Source of the DNA: Bacillales bacterium UBA5026
GTDB lineage: Bacteria; Bacillota_I; Bacilli_A; RF39; UBA660
Assembly (NCBI GenBank): GCA_002416285.1
Contig: DICM01000034.1
Span: 274-64,273 of the forward strand
Direction: 5' to 3'
DNA: 64,000 nt
Part shown: positions 19,545 to 26,662 of the stretch, piece by piece
Position numbering within the stretch: position 1 is the stretch's first letter
Layout: each line of letters opens with the position of its first letter
Made by a program: the position numbers and the translations under genes
Notes under the pieces: model-generated
What the model was told of the DNA's origin: nothing
The model's database searches: none
Seen by the model: only the letters and a program-made list of their open reading frames with translations

Positions 19545-20315
19545 ATGGATAAATTAAATGATATTTTACATGAATTAGGTATTTCAAAGGTCAAATTAGC
19601 AAAGTTTTTAGGTGTATCTAGACAAATGATTTATAATTATTTAGAGTTAGATGATATTAACAAATGGCCTAAGGATAAAAAGGTATTATTACTAAATTTA
19701 CTCGGAATTAAATCTTCAGATGAATTAGATAGTATTAGAATTGATACAGATTATATTTTAAACGTTGAAAGTCGCTTAAATAGTTTGGTTGATTTAAATG
19801 CGAAAAACGAATATGGCGATAGTCTTTACAATGGTCTTGGAAAAAAACAACGTGAACTATTTTCAAATATTATTGCCCTTGTAAAAGATGGATTGGAAGA
19901 TGATTCAGAGGAAAGCTATGAAACCTATAAATATCTTTATCATTTTTTACAGGCACTGGAAAACTCTGATGAACTTAAATATATTTTAGGTTATGTAGCA
20001 AAAGCAAATGGATTTGTAAAACCACTTGAATTTGTATTTGATGAGGAAAATCAATTTATGTTTGAAAGTTTTATGTTCTCTGCTATGACCCTATATCAAA
20101 ATGGGAATGGGGTATCAAAGTCTAAGATTGCGGAATCACATCGTCGTTTTGTAAATCAAATTGAGCATAAAATGGAAGAGAAAATGAGTCGTACATTAGA
20201 ATTAAATGCGGTTAAAGTTCAAGCATTACGAGAACTTGGTTATACTGAAATCAATGAGAAGAATGCTGCTGAAGTATTTGAAAAGATAGCTGAAATTCAA
20301 TCTAGGGGAGTTTAA
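19545..20315 (+). CDS. HTH-domain protein of unknown function
   Basis: N-terminal HTH (ISKVKLAKFLGVSRQMIYNYLE). GGGGAG RBS precedes the ATG at 19545. Confidence 0.6.
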   Translation: MDKLNDILHELGISKVKLAKFLGVSRQMIYNYLELDDINKWPKDKKVLLLNLLGIKSSDELDSIRIDTDYILNVESRLNSLVDLNAKNEYGDSLYNGLGKKQRELFSNIIALVKDGLEDDSEESYETYKYLYHFLQALENSDELKYILGYVAKANGFVKPLEFVFDEENQFMFESFMFSAMTLYQNGNGVSKSKIAESHRRFVNQIEHKMEEKMSRTLELNAVKVQALRELGYTEINEKNAAEVFEKIAEIQSRGV

Positions 20316-20332
20316 TAAAACTTCTTTTTTAT

Positions 20333-20358
20333 TAAAAAAAAATAGGATTTTTCCTATT
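20333..20358 (-). terminator. Terminator after the DUF2726 pseudogene
   Basis: Stem AATAGGA/TCCTATT, loop TTTT, and a long T-run on the minus strand. Confidence 0.6.
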
Positions 20359-20957
20359 CTAAAAACTTTTTACCACAGTTGTTATATTATCATTGATATT
20401 AAACTTTTCTTTCTTTTTAATTCCATCATTTGTTAGAATTCGTCTAATCCGCTCTTGAACATAATTTTTTTCATTCGGCATATTAGTATAATATTTAATT
20501 AGCTTGATATTAGCATTATCGCATATTTGATCCACTTTGTAATCCCTTTTATGTCTTTTAAAAGTATTATGTGTGTACGATCATTGATTTCTATTAATAA
20601 AAGCAAGTCTTTGTAATCAGATGTAAATATTGCAAAGTCGATATTTCGATATAATTCATTCTGATAATGAGACCCAGGTTTATCAATAATAGTTGCCAAA
20701 TTGACTTGTGGCTGTATTACAATATCAAATTCATCTTCCAGTTTTTTGAAAATAGAGTAGAAGTAATATTCAGTTTTTGTCATAAATGGTTTTTTATAAT
20801 AATCCTTTTTTCTTGGTAGAGTAGGTGTTTTATCAATGGAATCATTTGCATAGCTAGATTTTTCTTTCCGTTTTCTTTTGTTATTTTCTGTAATATGTCT
20901 AGCAGATATAAATATCAATAAATATGAACTTACAATTAGTATAGTTATCCATAGCAT
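20359..20957 (-). pseudogene. DUF2726-family (restriction-endonuclease-like fold) membrane protein, frameshifted at an (AC)3 run near 20571-20577
   Basis: The track ORF ends ...LLLLIEINDRTH and then reads out-of-family sequence. The -1 frame continues HNTFKRHKRDYKVDQICDNANIKLIKYY... to a TAG at 20359-20361, completing the D-x-x-H...R-x-x-RD...hydrophobic C-terminal pattern I associate with DUF2726. Confidence 0.65.
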
Positions 20958-21065
20958 CTTATTTTATCATCCCTTCAAAACAACAAACAACATACTACTA
21001 TAACTTATAACAATATTAATTGTAGCATAGAGTTCCTTGATTTAACAGAAGAGAATAAAAAAAGA

Positions 21066-21236
21066 CTAGAACCTTTTACAATTACCGTTACCACAATTAT
21101 TTCTACAATTACCACAACCACCACAGAGGCAATTAAAAATAAAATTAATAAATCCAAATATTAGAACAAATGGAAGAAATAAGAAACAAAATGGTAATAC
21201 AAAGATAAAGCCTAAAAATAATAATAATATACACAT
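21066..21236 (-). CDS. Small Cys-rich hydrophobic peptide (56 aa), not in the ORF track
   Basis: GAGGTA RBS followed by MCILLLFLGFIFVLPFCFLFLPFVLIFGFINFIFNCLCGGCGNCRNNCGNGNCKRF. Confidence 0.4.
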   Translation of the reverse strand: MCILLLFLGFIFVLPFCFLFLPFVLIFGFINFIFNCLCGGCGNCRNNCGNGNCKRF

Positions 21237-21335
21237 AAAAATACCTCTTTTACTATGTTATTTATTATATTAAATGTGGTAGATTTCATTTTGATAATAA
21301 CAGAGAACTATATTAGAAATCAATTTATTTTTATT

Positions 21336-21363
21336 AGTTAACATAATATAGACTAGCGAAACA
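21336..21363 (-). other. attL: hybrid dif-like site (intact XerD arm and central region, degenerate XerC arm)
   Basis: The minus strand reads TGTTTCGCTAG-TCTATA-TTATGTTAACT. The last 17 nt are identical to the dif at 29121-29148, and the XerC arm matches only 6 of 11. Confidence 0.7.
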
Positions 21364-21401
21364 AAAATGTTCTGATAAAATTTTTGAAAGGAGAATAGGG
21401 T

Positions 21402-21533
21402 ATGCTTATTGAAAAAATTACAATATCAAAATTAATTGAAATATTGCAAGAAATGAACGAACAACGAATGCATAGAAATACCGTGCTAGATGTTATAATT
21501 AAAATCAATAAAAAACAGTCAGCTTATGACTGA
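21402..21533 (+). CDS. Small prophage protein (43 aa)
   Basis: AAAGGAG RBS followed by MLIEKITISKLIEILQEMNEQRMHRNTVLDVIIKINKKQSAYD. Below the ORF-track cut-off. Confidence 0.4.
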   Translation: MLIEKITISKLIEILQEMNEQRMHRNTVLDVIIKINKKQSAYD

Positions 21534-21538
21534 CTGTT
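21514..21538. terminator. Shared hairpin between convergent small ORFs (T-run only on the minus strand)
   Basis: 9-bp stem AACAGTCAG/CTGACTGTT with a 7-nt loop. Confidence 0.55.
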
Positions 21539-21562
21539 GCAAACATGCTGCACTTAATATAT

Positions 21563-21655
21563 TTAAATAGAATTATATAATATAATTCCTATTATAATTA
21601 TCAATAGTGCTAGAAAGAAGAATTCTCGAAATTCTTTTTTTATTTTTTCAAACAT
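21563..21655 (-). CDS. 30-aa hydrophobic peptide (type I toxin-like or holin-like)
   Basis: GGAGGTG RBS followed by MFEKIKKEFREFFFLALLIIIIGIILYNSI, then the hairpin terminator. Confidence 0.4.
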   Translation of the reverse strand: MFEKIKKEFREFFFLALLIIIIGIILYNSI

Positions 21656-21720
21656 GTTGCACCTCCAATCTAGAAAAGTCTAAGACTTTTCCCCTAATCT
21701 TAAAATTCTAGATAGGAGTA

Positions 21721-21761
21721 TAGCTAGAGTGTGAGGCATTTTCCCACGAGCACTCTAGCTA
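21721..21761. other. Stable 11-bp hairpin upstream of the 30-aa peptide gene
   Basis: TAGCTAGAGTG - 19 nt - CACTCTAGCTA, unusually GC-balanced for this region. Confidence 0.5.
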
Positions 21762-21767
21762 ATAAAA

Positions 21768-21800
21768 TTTATATAAAAACCTGTACTAGCATTCTTATAT
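21768..21800. repeat. Copy A of a roughly 32-nt direct repeat (internally palindromic)
   Basis: TTTATATAAAAACCTGTACTAGCATTCTTATA. About 28 of 32 positions are identical to copy B. Confidence 0.6.
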
Positions 21801-21802
21801 CA

Positions 21803-21961
21803 TTATTTTTCTAATATTGCGAAAAAGGCATATGGCTGAAATGCATTTTTTGAAATGCTAAAATTTCCTGTTATGATTTTATATCCGTCATTAACTAATT
21901 CATTTAATTTTTTTTCGAATTGTTTTCCTTCGGTTAATAATAAAACTTTTACATCTTTCAT
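21803..21961 (-). CDS. Small prophage protein (52 aa)
   Basis: GAAAGGAG RBS followed by MKDVKVLLLTEGKQFEKKLNELVNDGYKIITGNFSISKNAFQPYAFFAILEK. Vaguely DUF4177-like; flanked by the 32-nt repeats. Confidence 0.45.
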   Translation of the reverse strand: MKDVKVLLLTEGKQFEKKLNELVNDGYKIITGNFSISKNAFQPYAFFAILEK

Positions 21962-21980
21962 TTTTCTACTCCTTTCATTA

Positions 21981-22012
21981 TTTATATAAAAATCTATACT
22001 AGCCTTTTTATA
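21981..22012. repeat. Copy B of the roughly 32-nt direct repeat
   Basis: TTTATATAAAAATCTATACTAGCCTTTTTATA, immediately after the XRE gene stop. Confidence 0.6.
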
Positions 22013-22014
22013 AC

Positions 22015-22245
22015 TTAAATATCTTTTCTTAATAAATCTTTTACTTGAAACTTTTCATTATTTCCAATGAAATAAATTTTATAACCACATTGATTAGCTA
22101 TGTTTTCTAGAGTTTCAAAATTAATGTCTGTTTTTTCTCTCTCATAATCACTTAAAGTAGTTCTTCCGATATTGACTAATTTACTTAGTTTTTCTTGGCT
22201 TAAATGACTGTTTGCTCGCATTTTTTTTATTGCCTTTCCTATCAT
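22015..22245 (-). CDS. XRE/Cro-CI-family HTH repressor of the prophage
   Basis: LSQEKLSKLVNIGRTTLSDYEREK is a canonical HTH_XRE motif. Divergent from the phage forward operon. Confidence 0.8.
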   Translation of the reverse strand: MIGKAIKKMRANSHLSQEKLSKLVNIGRTTLSDYEREKTDINFETLENIANQCGYKIYFIGNNEKFQVKDLLRKDI

Positions 22246-22274
22246 AAGTCCTCCTTTTCTTTATTGTCGCAAAA

Positions 22275-22337
22275 TTCCACAAAAAATACTTGACTTGTGG
22301 AGAAACTCGGAGTAAAATAATACATATAGATGTGGAG
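22275..22337 (+). promoter_or_regulatory. Forward phage promoter (TTGACT-17-TAAAAT) overlapped by three TGTGGAG-type half-sites
   Basis: -35 at 22290-22295 and -10 at 22313-22318. TTCCACA (22275-22281) is inverted relative to TGTGGAG (22296-22302), and a third TGTGGAG lies at 22331-22337. Confidence 0.6.
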
Positions 22338-22363
22338 TTATTCGACATCAGTAGGAGGAAAAA

Positions 22364-22645
22364 ATGAGAAAAATAAATAGTACAATAATTAATGCAGAAT
22401 TAAAACAAATACCAAACGAGAAAACAGGTGTTGTTAATGAATATACAACGGTAAAATATACCATGGAGCGAGAAAATAGCGATATTGCTGTTGGAGTTGC
22501 GATTATGGAATGCTGGATACCTAAGAATTGTCTTGATGCGATTAAAGGCTACATCATGAAACCAGTTCAAATGGAACTTAGAGAAATCTTTAATGATAAA
22601 GGTTGTAAATTTCGAATTTCAAAAATAAATAACAATGCAATTTAA
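22364..22645 (+). CDS. Prophage protein (93 aa); candidate ssDNA-binding protein by position and size only
   Basis: AGGAGG RBS. It is the first gene of the forward operon, where gene V sits in the circular map (Rep - attP - regulators - this gene - coat genes). Confidence 0.45.
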   Translation: MRKINSTIINAELKQIPNEKTGVVNEYTTVKYTMERENSDIAVGVAIMECWIPKNCLDAIKGYIMKPVQMELREIFNDKGCKFRISKINNNAI

Positions 22646-22880
22646 TGTTTTAGTTACTTACCGAAAACCGAATGGGAAAACACTTACTAGAGAATTGAGT
22701 AGCTGTGATTATAGAGTAGGGCATATCAACTCTTACGGTTGGGAAGTAATTGAGATACAAGTATTTTATCAAGGAAAATATATGCAACTAGAAACGTTTG
22801 AAAGATTACGTTACCAATATGACTATGAACGTCATAAAAAGAAGAGTATATTTTCTAAGTTTTCCAAAAAAAACAAATGA
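22635..22880 (+). CDS. Prophage hypothetical protein (81 aa)
   Basis: Its start overlaps the end of the upstream gene (22635 vs 22645), consistent with translational coupling. No recognisable motif. Confidence 0.45.
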   Translation: MQFNVLVTYRKPNGKTLTRELSSCDYRVGHINSYGWEVIEIQVFYQGKYMQLETFERLRYQYDYERHKKKSIFSKFSKKNK

Positions 22881-23423
22881 TGATAAATGTAATATGGGTG
22901 GTTAATTTTAAATGCTAGTAAAGGTTTGAAATTGAATAAAAATTATAAGTTAGTATTATAGCACTCCAATCTAGAAAATCACACAAGACTTAAATTTAAA
23001 GTACCTACTTACTATACTTTCTTAAAATCTATACAAGATTAGCAAAATACTTCGCTTATAAATAGGGTAAATAATAGGGAATTACATTATTATCAAAACT
23101 AAAAAAGGTTATCACAAAAAATCAGCAAGATATTATGCCGAGAAAATTATTTAAAAAAAGTCGTTTTTGATAAGCTGAAAGGCTAAAAAGATGCGAAACA
23201 TCAGAGGCATACCTCTTGATGATAGCAATCCACTTGTTACATCTTTAAAATCAAAAAAACGGTTACTTTTTTAAAATAAGGAATTGGAATAAATCAACAA
23301 GAAAAAACAAGATAACCTTATCGTTCAGCGAACGGGGTAAAATTTTGCTCAAGGGCTTAGCGAAGAAAAAACTTTCTACAATTTCTATAAGAAAAAGATA
23401 TTTTGAAAAGAGGGGAAAAACTT

Positions 23424-23567
23424 ATGACAGAAGTGCAGGCAACAACATTACTAGAAGAAATTACAACAATGAGAATCTTGCTTCAAGGAGTATGTGGAAT
23501 CTTAATGCTTGTGGTATTAGTAGCTGTAATATATGCCTTCTATAAGTTTTTCAAAATATTCTTTTAA
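23424..23567 (+). CDS. 47-aa coat-like membrane protein (minor or alternative coat)
   Basis: AGAGGGG RBS followed by MTEVQATTLLEEITTMRILLQGVCGILMLVVLVAVIYAFYKFFKIFF. Acidic N-terminus, TM core, basic tail. Missing from the ORF track. Confidence 0.5.
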   Translation: MTEVQATTLLEEITTMRILLQGVCGILMLVVLVAVIYAFYKFFKIFF

Positions 23568-23593
23568 AAAAGAGTGGAAAGGGGTTTTGAAAA

Positions 23594-23761
23594 ATGGAAG
23601 GAACAACTTCAATTTTTGACGGAGCTATCACATCAGCTACATTACAACCTGTTTTAGACGGTATTAAAGAATTACTACCAGTAGTAATTCCAGTAGCAGT
23701 AGGATTCTTAGCATTCCGTAAAGGTTGGTCATTTGTAATGTCAACCGTAAAAGGAGCGTAA
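23594..23761 (+). CDS. 55-aa putative major coat protein (Pf3-like architecture, no signal peptide)
   Basis: MEGTTSIFDGAITSATLQPVLDGIKELLPVVIPVAVGFLAFRKGWSFVMSTVKGA. Acidic N-terminal part, hydrophobic core of about 20 residues, and basic residues (R, K, K) in the C-terminal tail. Missing from the ORF track. Confidence 0.6.
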   Translation: MEGTTSIFDGAITSATLQPVLDGIKELLPVVIPVAVGFLAFRKGWSFVMSTVKGA

Positions 23762-23797
23762 GCTCTTCTTATAATAAAAGAAAGGACGTGAAGAAAA

Positions 23798-25423
23798 ATG
23801 AAAAAATTACTATTTGTAACAATCATTGCCTTCATGTCTTTTTTCTATATAGATAATGTAAACGCAGAAGAGATACAACATTTTACTTTGAATTATGATA
23901 ATCAAGAATTTAATGTTGATATACCTGTTAAATATTTACAAAATAATTATATTGGTACAATGTCTAAAAATAGTTCTACTGGTTCTTATCTTTTTCGATT
24001 ATTTTATGATTTTAATTATGTGGGTTTACGTTATTCAACAAGTGGAACGCAAAAAGATATTTCTTTTTATTTTAAAGATACTTCTGATGCAATAGATTCC
24101 GGTTCTGTAAATGCTTTAATTTATAATTTTACTACTAAAACATTTACAGAAGATTCTGGTGTTTATATTCCACGTTTTGCTTTAAATGATGAAATAACTG
24201 ATAATTATGTTCCCGTTGATTTTTTTATAAAATATGATAATAAAATTTATTTGGATGGGAGAAATATCAATTCTAATTTAACTTATAAAATAAATAATGT
24301 TGATTATAAAAAAGGTGATGAAGTTTTCTTTGGTGGTTCTTCAATAAGATTCGGTATTGTTGACTCAGAAACGGAAGTTATAAATGGAATAACTTATTAT
24401 AAGTCTAAAACAGTTCGTATGACATTGCAAGGAAAAAACAATACGAAATATTATTATGAATATACAACAGATAATGGAGCGAGTTGGATTACATTGTTAC
24501 TTACTCAAAAAGATTATTTTGATATTAAGTTTACTACAAATACAGTTTTGTTAGTAAGAATACGAGAACGTAATACGTTTGATGTGTTAAATGATTATAC
24601 ATTTACACTTTCCGGAATTGCGACTGACGAACTTACTAGTGAATATGAAGAAATTCCTTTAAGAGGGCATGAGGGTATTATTCTCTATGCAAAAAATACT
24701 TATCAAGATTTAATTTCTACAGTATATATGGAAACAGGAAATATCCATGTTACAAAATATTCAAATGGTAAAATTGTACAGCAAATGAGGGATATTGCAG
24801 TAGATTTTCAAGTAACATTAGGTCCACGCGATACAGATTATTATTTAATAAAAAATAATGATACAAGTATTAATACCGTATTACGCGTTTTGAAAGATAA
24901 ATTTGCTTATTATTATTTGAATGACGCGCTTAGTACGATTACAATTGAAAATCCAAATACGGGAGAGGCAGAAGTATTAGGGAGCATTTATGAGAGCGAA
25001 CAATACTATAAAGACCATGTTGAACAGGATTCGGACGTAGTTGAAAACAACTGGTTATTGAAAATCTTAAAAATGGCATTTGTTCCGGACTTAAGCGCGT
25101 TTAATAATTTAGTATCTATGTTTAACCGAAAGTTTGGAATCTTTTCACAGTTGGCAAGTACATTACCGGATTTGTTCCAGTTTGGGGGAGAAGACCCACC
25201 CGAATTTAATATGACAATTTACGGAACTACTGTTAATATTGTTGACTTTTCAGCATTTGAAATTGTACGTACATTCTTACACGGACTCATTCTCGCATTC
25301 GCATGGTATGGATTTATAAGACGTTGTTATGAACGAGCACCAGCATTTATAGGTGGATTCTTTAGCTTTGAACGTGCTGTTGGTGATATTTCTGTACCAA
25401 GTTCAAAAGGGGGTAAAAAATGA
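23798..25423 (+). CDS. Secreted 541-aa protein with a C-terminal membrane anchor (pIII-position adsorption/minor coat candidate)
   Basis: Signal peptide MKKLLFVTIIAFMSFFYIDNVNA/EE and a C-terminal hydrophobic helix LHGLILAFAWYGFIRR. Lies directly downstream of the coat-like genes. Confidence 0.55.
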   Translation: MKKLLFVTIIAFMSFFYIDNVNAEEIQHFTLNYDNQEFNVDIPVKYLQNNYIGTMSKNSSTGSYLFRLFYDFNYVGLRYSTSGTQKDISFYFKDTSDAIDSGSVNALIYNFTTKTFTEDSGVYIPRFALNDEITDNYVPVDFFIKYDNKIYLDGRNINSNLTYKINNVDYKKGDEVFFGGSSIRFGIVDSETEVINGITYYKSKTVRMTLQGKNNTKYYYEYTTDNGASWITLLLTQKDYFDIKFTTNTVLLVRIRERNTFDVLNDYTFTLSGIATDELTSEYEEIPLRGHEGIILYAKNTYQDLISTVYMETGNIHVTKYSNGKIVQQMRDIAVDFQVTLGPRDTDYYLIKNNDTSINTVLRVLKDKFAYYYLNDALSTITIENPNTGEAEVLGSIYESEQYYKDHVEQDSDVVENNWLLKILKMAFVPDLSAFNNLVSMFNRKFGIFSQLASTLPDLFQFGGEDPPEFNMTIYGTTVNIVDFSAFEIVRTFLHGLILAFAWYGFIRRCYERAPAFIGGFFSFERAVGDISVPSSKGGKK

Positions 25424-25674
25424 TAGTAACGATTATTATTAACCTTTTATTAGCACTTCCAACATTTTTACTTTCATTACTTCCGGATAATGTAGTAACT
25501 CTTCCAGATAATGTATTTAATATTATGCATGAAGTATTTTATGGGATTGGTTATGTGTTACCTATGGCTGGACTAGCTTCAATTATGGTAATTTCTACAG
25601 CGCTTATTGGAATGCAAATAACTTGGTCTATTATTTTGAGGATTAAGTCTTTTATACCAACAATGGGGGCATAG
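25420..25674 (+). CDS. 84-aa polytopic membrane protein (pVI position)
   Basis: Overlaps the upstream stop (ATGA). Has 2-3 TM segments. Confidence 0.5.
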   Translation: MIVTIIINLLLALPTFLLSLLPDNVVTLPDNVFNIMHEVFYGIGYVLPMAGLASIMVISTALIGMQITWSIILRIKSFIPTMGA

Positions 25675-25765
25675 TGCGTTGTTATTATGCGAACTTTAAG
25701 AGTTTAGTATTTGTTTATGTATTCGTGTACGTGAATAATTCCTAGGGGGTATTTTTTAAACCGCC

Positions 25766-25785
25766 ACACACGGAGTGTGTTTTAT
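25766..25785 (+). terminator. Weak internal terminator/attenuator between the structural and assembly genes
   Basis: ACACAC-GGA-GTGTGT followed by TTTTAT. Confidence 0.4.
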
Positions 25786-25811
25786 ATAGATTTTAGTTAG
25801 GAGGTAGAACT

Positions 25812-26657
25812 TTGTTAGTAGGATTTATAGGAGTATTAAAAATGCTCTTTGAATTAATCTTATGGTGTATTAAATGGGTAGGTATTGCACTTTTACCGAT
25901 TGTTATTATGATGATATATTTCTATATTCATTATTATATAAAAGGTTATCGTATGAAACCACGTACTACACCAGTTTATAAAAAACCGTCTTTCTTTAAA
26001 CGGCTTCTTATACAGTTTCCCAAGCGATTTATATTAGACCTCTTTGCACGTGACCCCGACGCATTTACGGATTACGGGGTGCATTTGGTCTGTGGAGAGC
26101 AGGGAAGCGGGAAAACTATGACGGTTGTCTATTTACTTCAAGAATATCAAAAACGGTTTCCTAAAATGAATGTGAAAACGAATTTTAATTATTTGAAACA
26201 AGACGATGAAATAACGCATTGGCGAGATATTGTATTTTCAAATAATGGAATCTATGGAGAAATTGACGTTTTAGACGAAATACAAACGTGGTTTAGTTCT
26301 ATGCAGTCACTCAATTTTCCAGTTGAAATGTTGCAAGAAATATCACAACAACGTAAACAAAGAAAAGCAATTTATGGAACAGCTCAAGTGTTTACAAAAA
26401 TAGGTAAGAGTATTCGGGAACAGACAACCTTTTTGTATCTTCCGATTACAATCGCAGGTTGTCTCACAATATGTCGAAAGTATGCCTTAAGACTTGATTC
26501 CGAGGGTCAGATTAAGGAAAAACATTTAAGACGAACATTTTTCTTTGTTCATACGGAAGAGCTTAGAAATAGCTATGATACGTATAAAAGAATCGAACGT
26601 TTGGCAAAAGACGGTTTTAAAGAGACAATTACAGATAAGATTATAGAAAGTAGGTAG
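25812..26657 (+). CDS. Membrane-anchored P-loop NTPase (pI/Zot-position morphogenesis ATPase candidate)
   Basis: N-terminal TM, Walker A GEQGSGKT, Walker B IDVLDEIQ. TTG start after AGGAGG; an alternative ATG lies at 25842. Confidence 0.6.
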   Translation: MLVGFIGVLKMLFELILWCIKWVGIALLPIVIMMIYFYIHYYIKGYRMKPRTTPVYKKPSFFKRLLIQFPKRFILDLFARDPDAFTDYGVHLVCGEQGSGKTMTVVYLLQEYQKRFPKMNVKTNFNYLKQDDEITHWRDIVFSNNGIYGEIDVLDEIQTWFSSMQSLNFPVEMLQEISQQRKQRKAIYGTAQVFTKIGKSIREQTTFLYLPITIAGCLTICRKYALRLDSEGQIKEKHLRRTFFFVHTEELRNSYDTYKRIERLAKDGFKETITDKIIESR

Positions 26658-26662
26658 ATTTA

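Noticed and set aside
23345-23545. 66-aa + strand ORF (TTG start) upstream of the coat genes
   Set aside because: It has an alternative start with no RBS and a basic, low-complexity translation. It overlaps the 47-aa membrane ORF out of frame, and that ORF has a proper RBS and a coat-like architecture.
23551-23835. 94-aa ORF on the minus strand in the prophage structural region
   Set aside because: It is antisense to the RBS-preceded 55-aa coat-like gene and to the start of the pIII-position gene. It has no RBS and opposes the otherwise uniform + orientation of the operon, so it is probably a shadow ORF.
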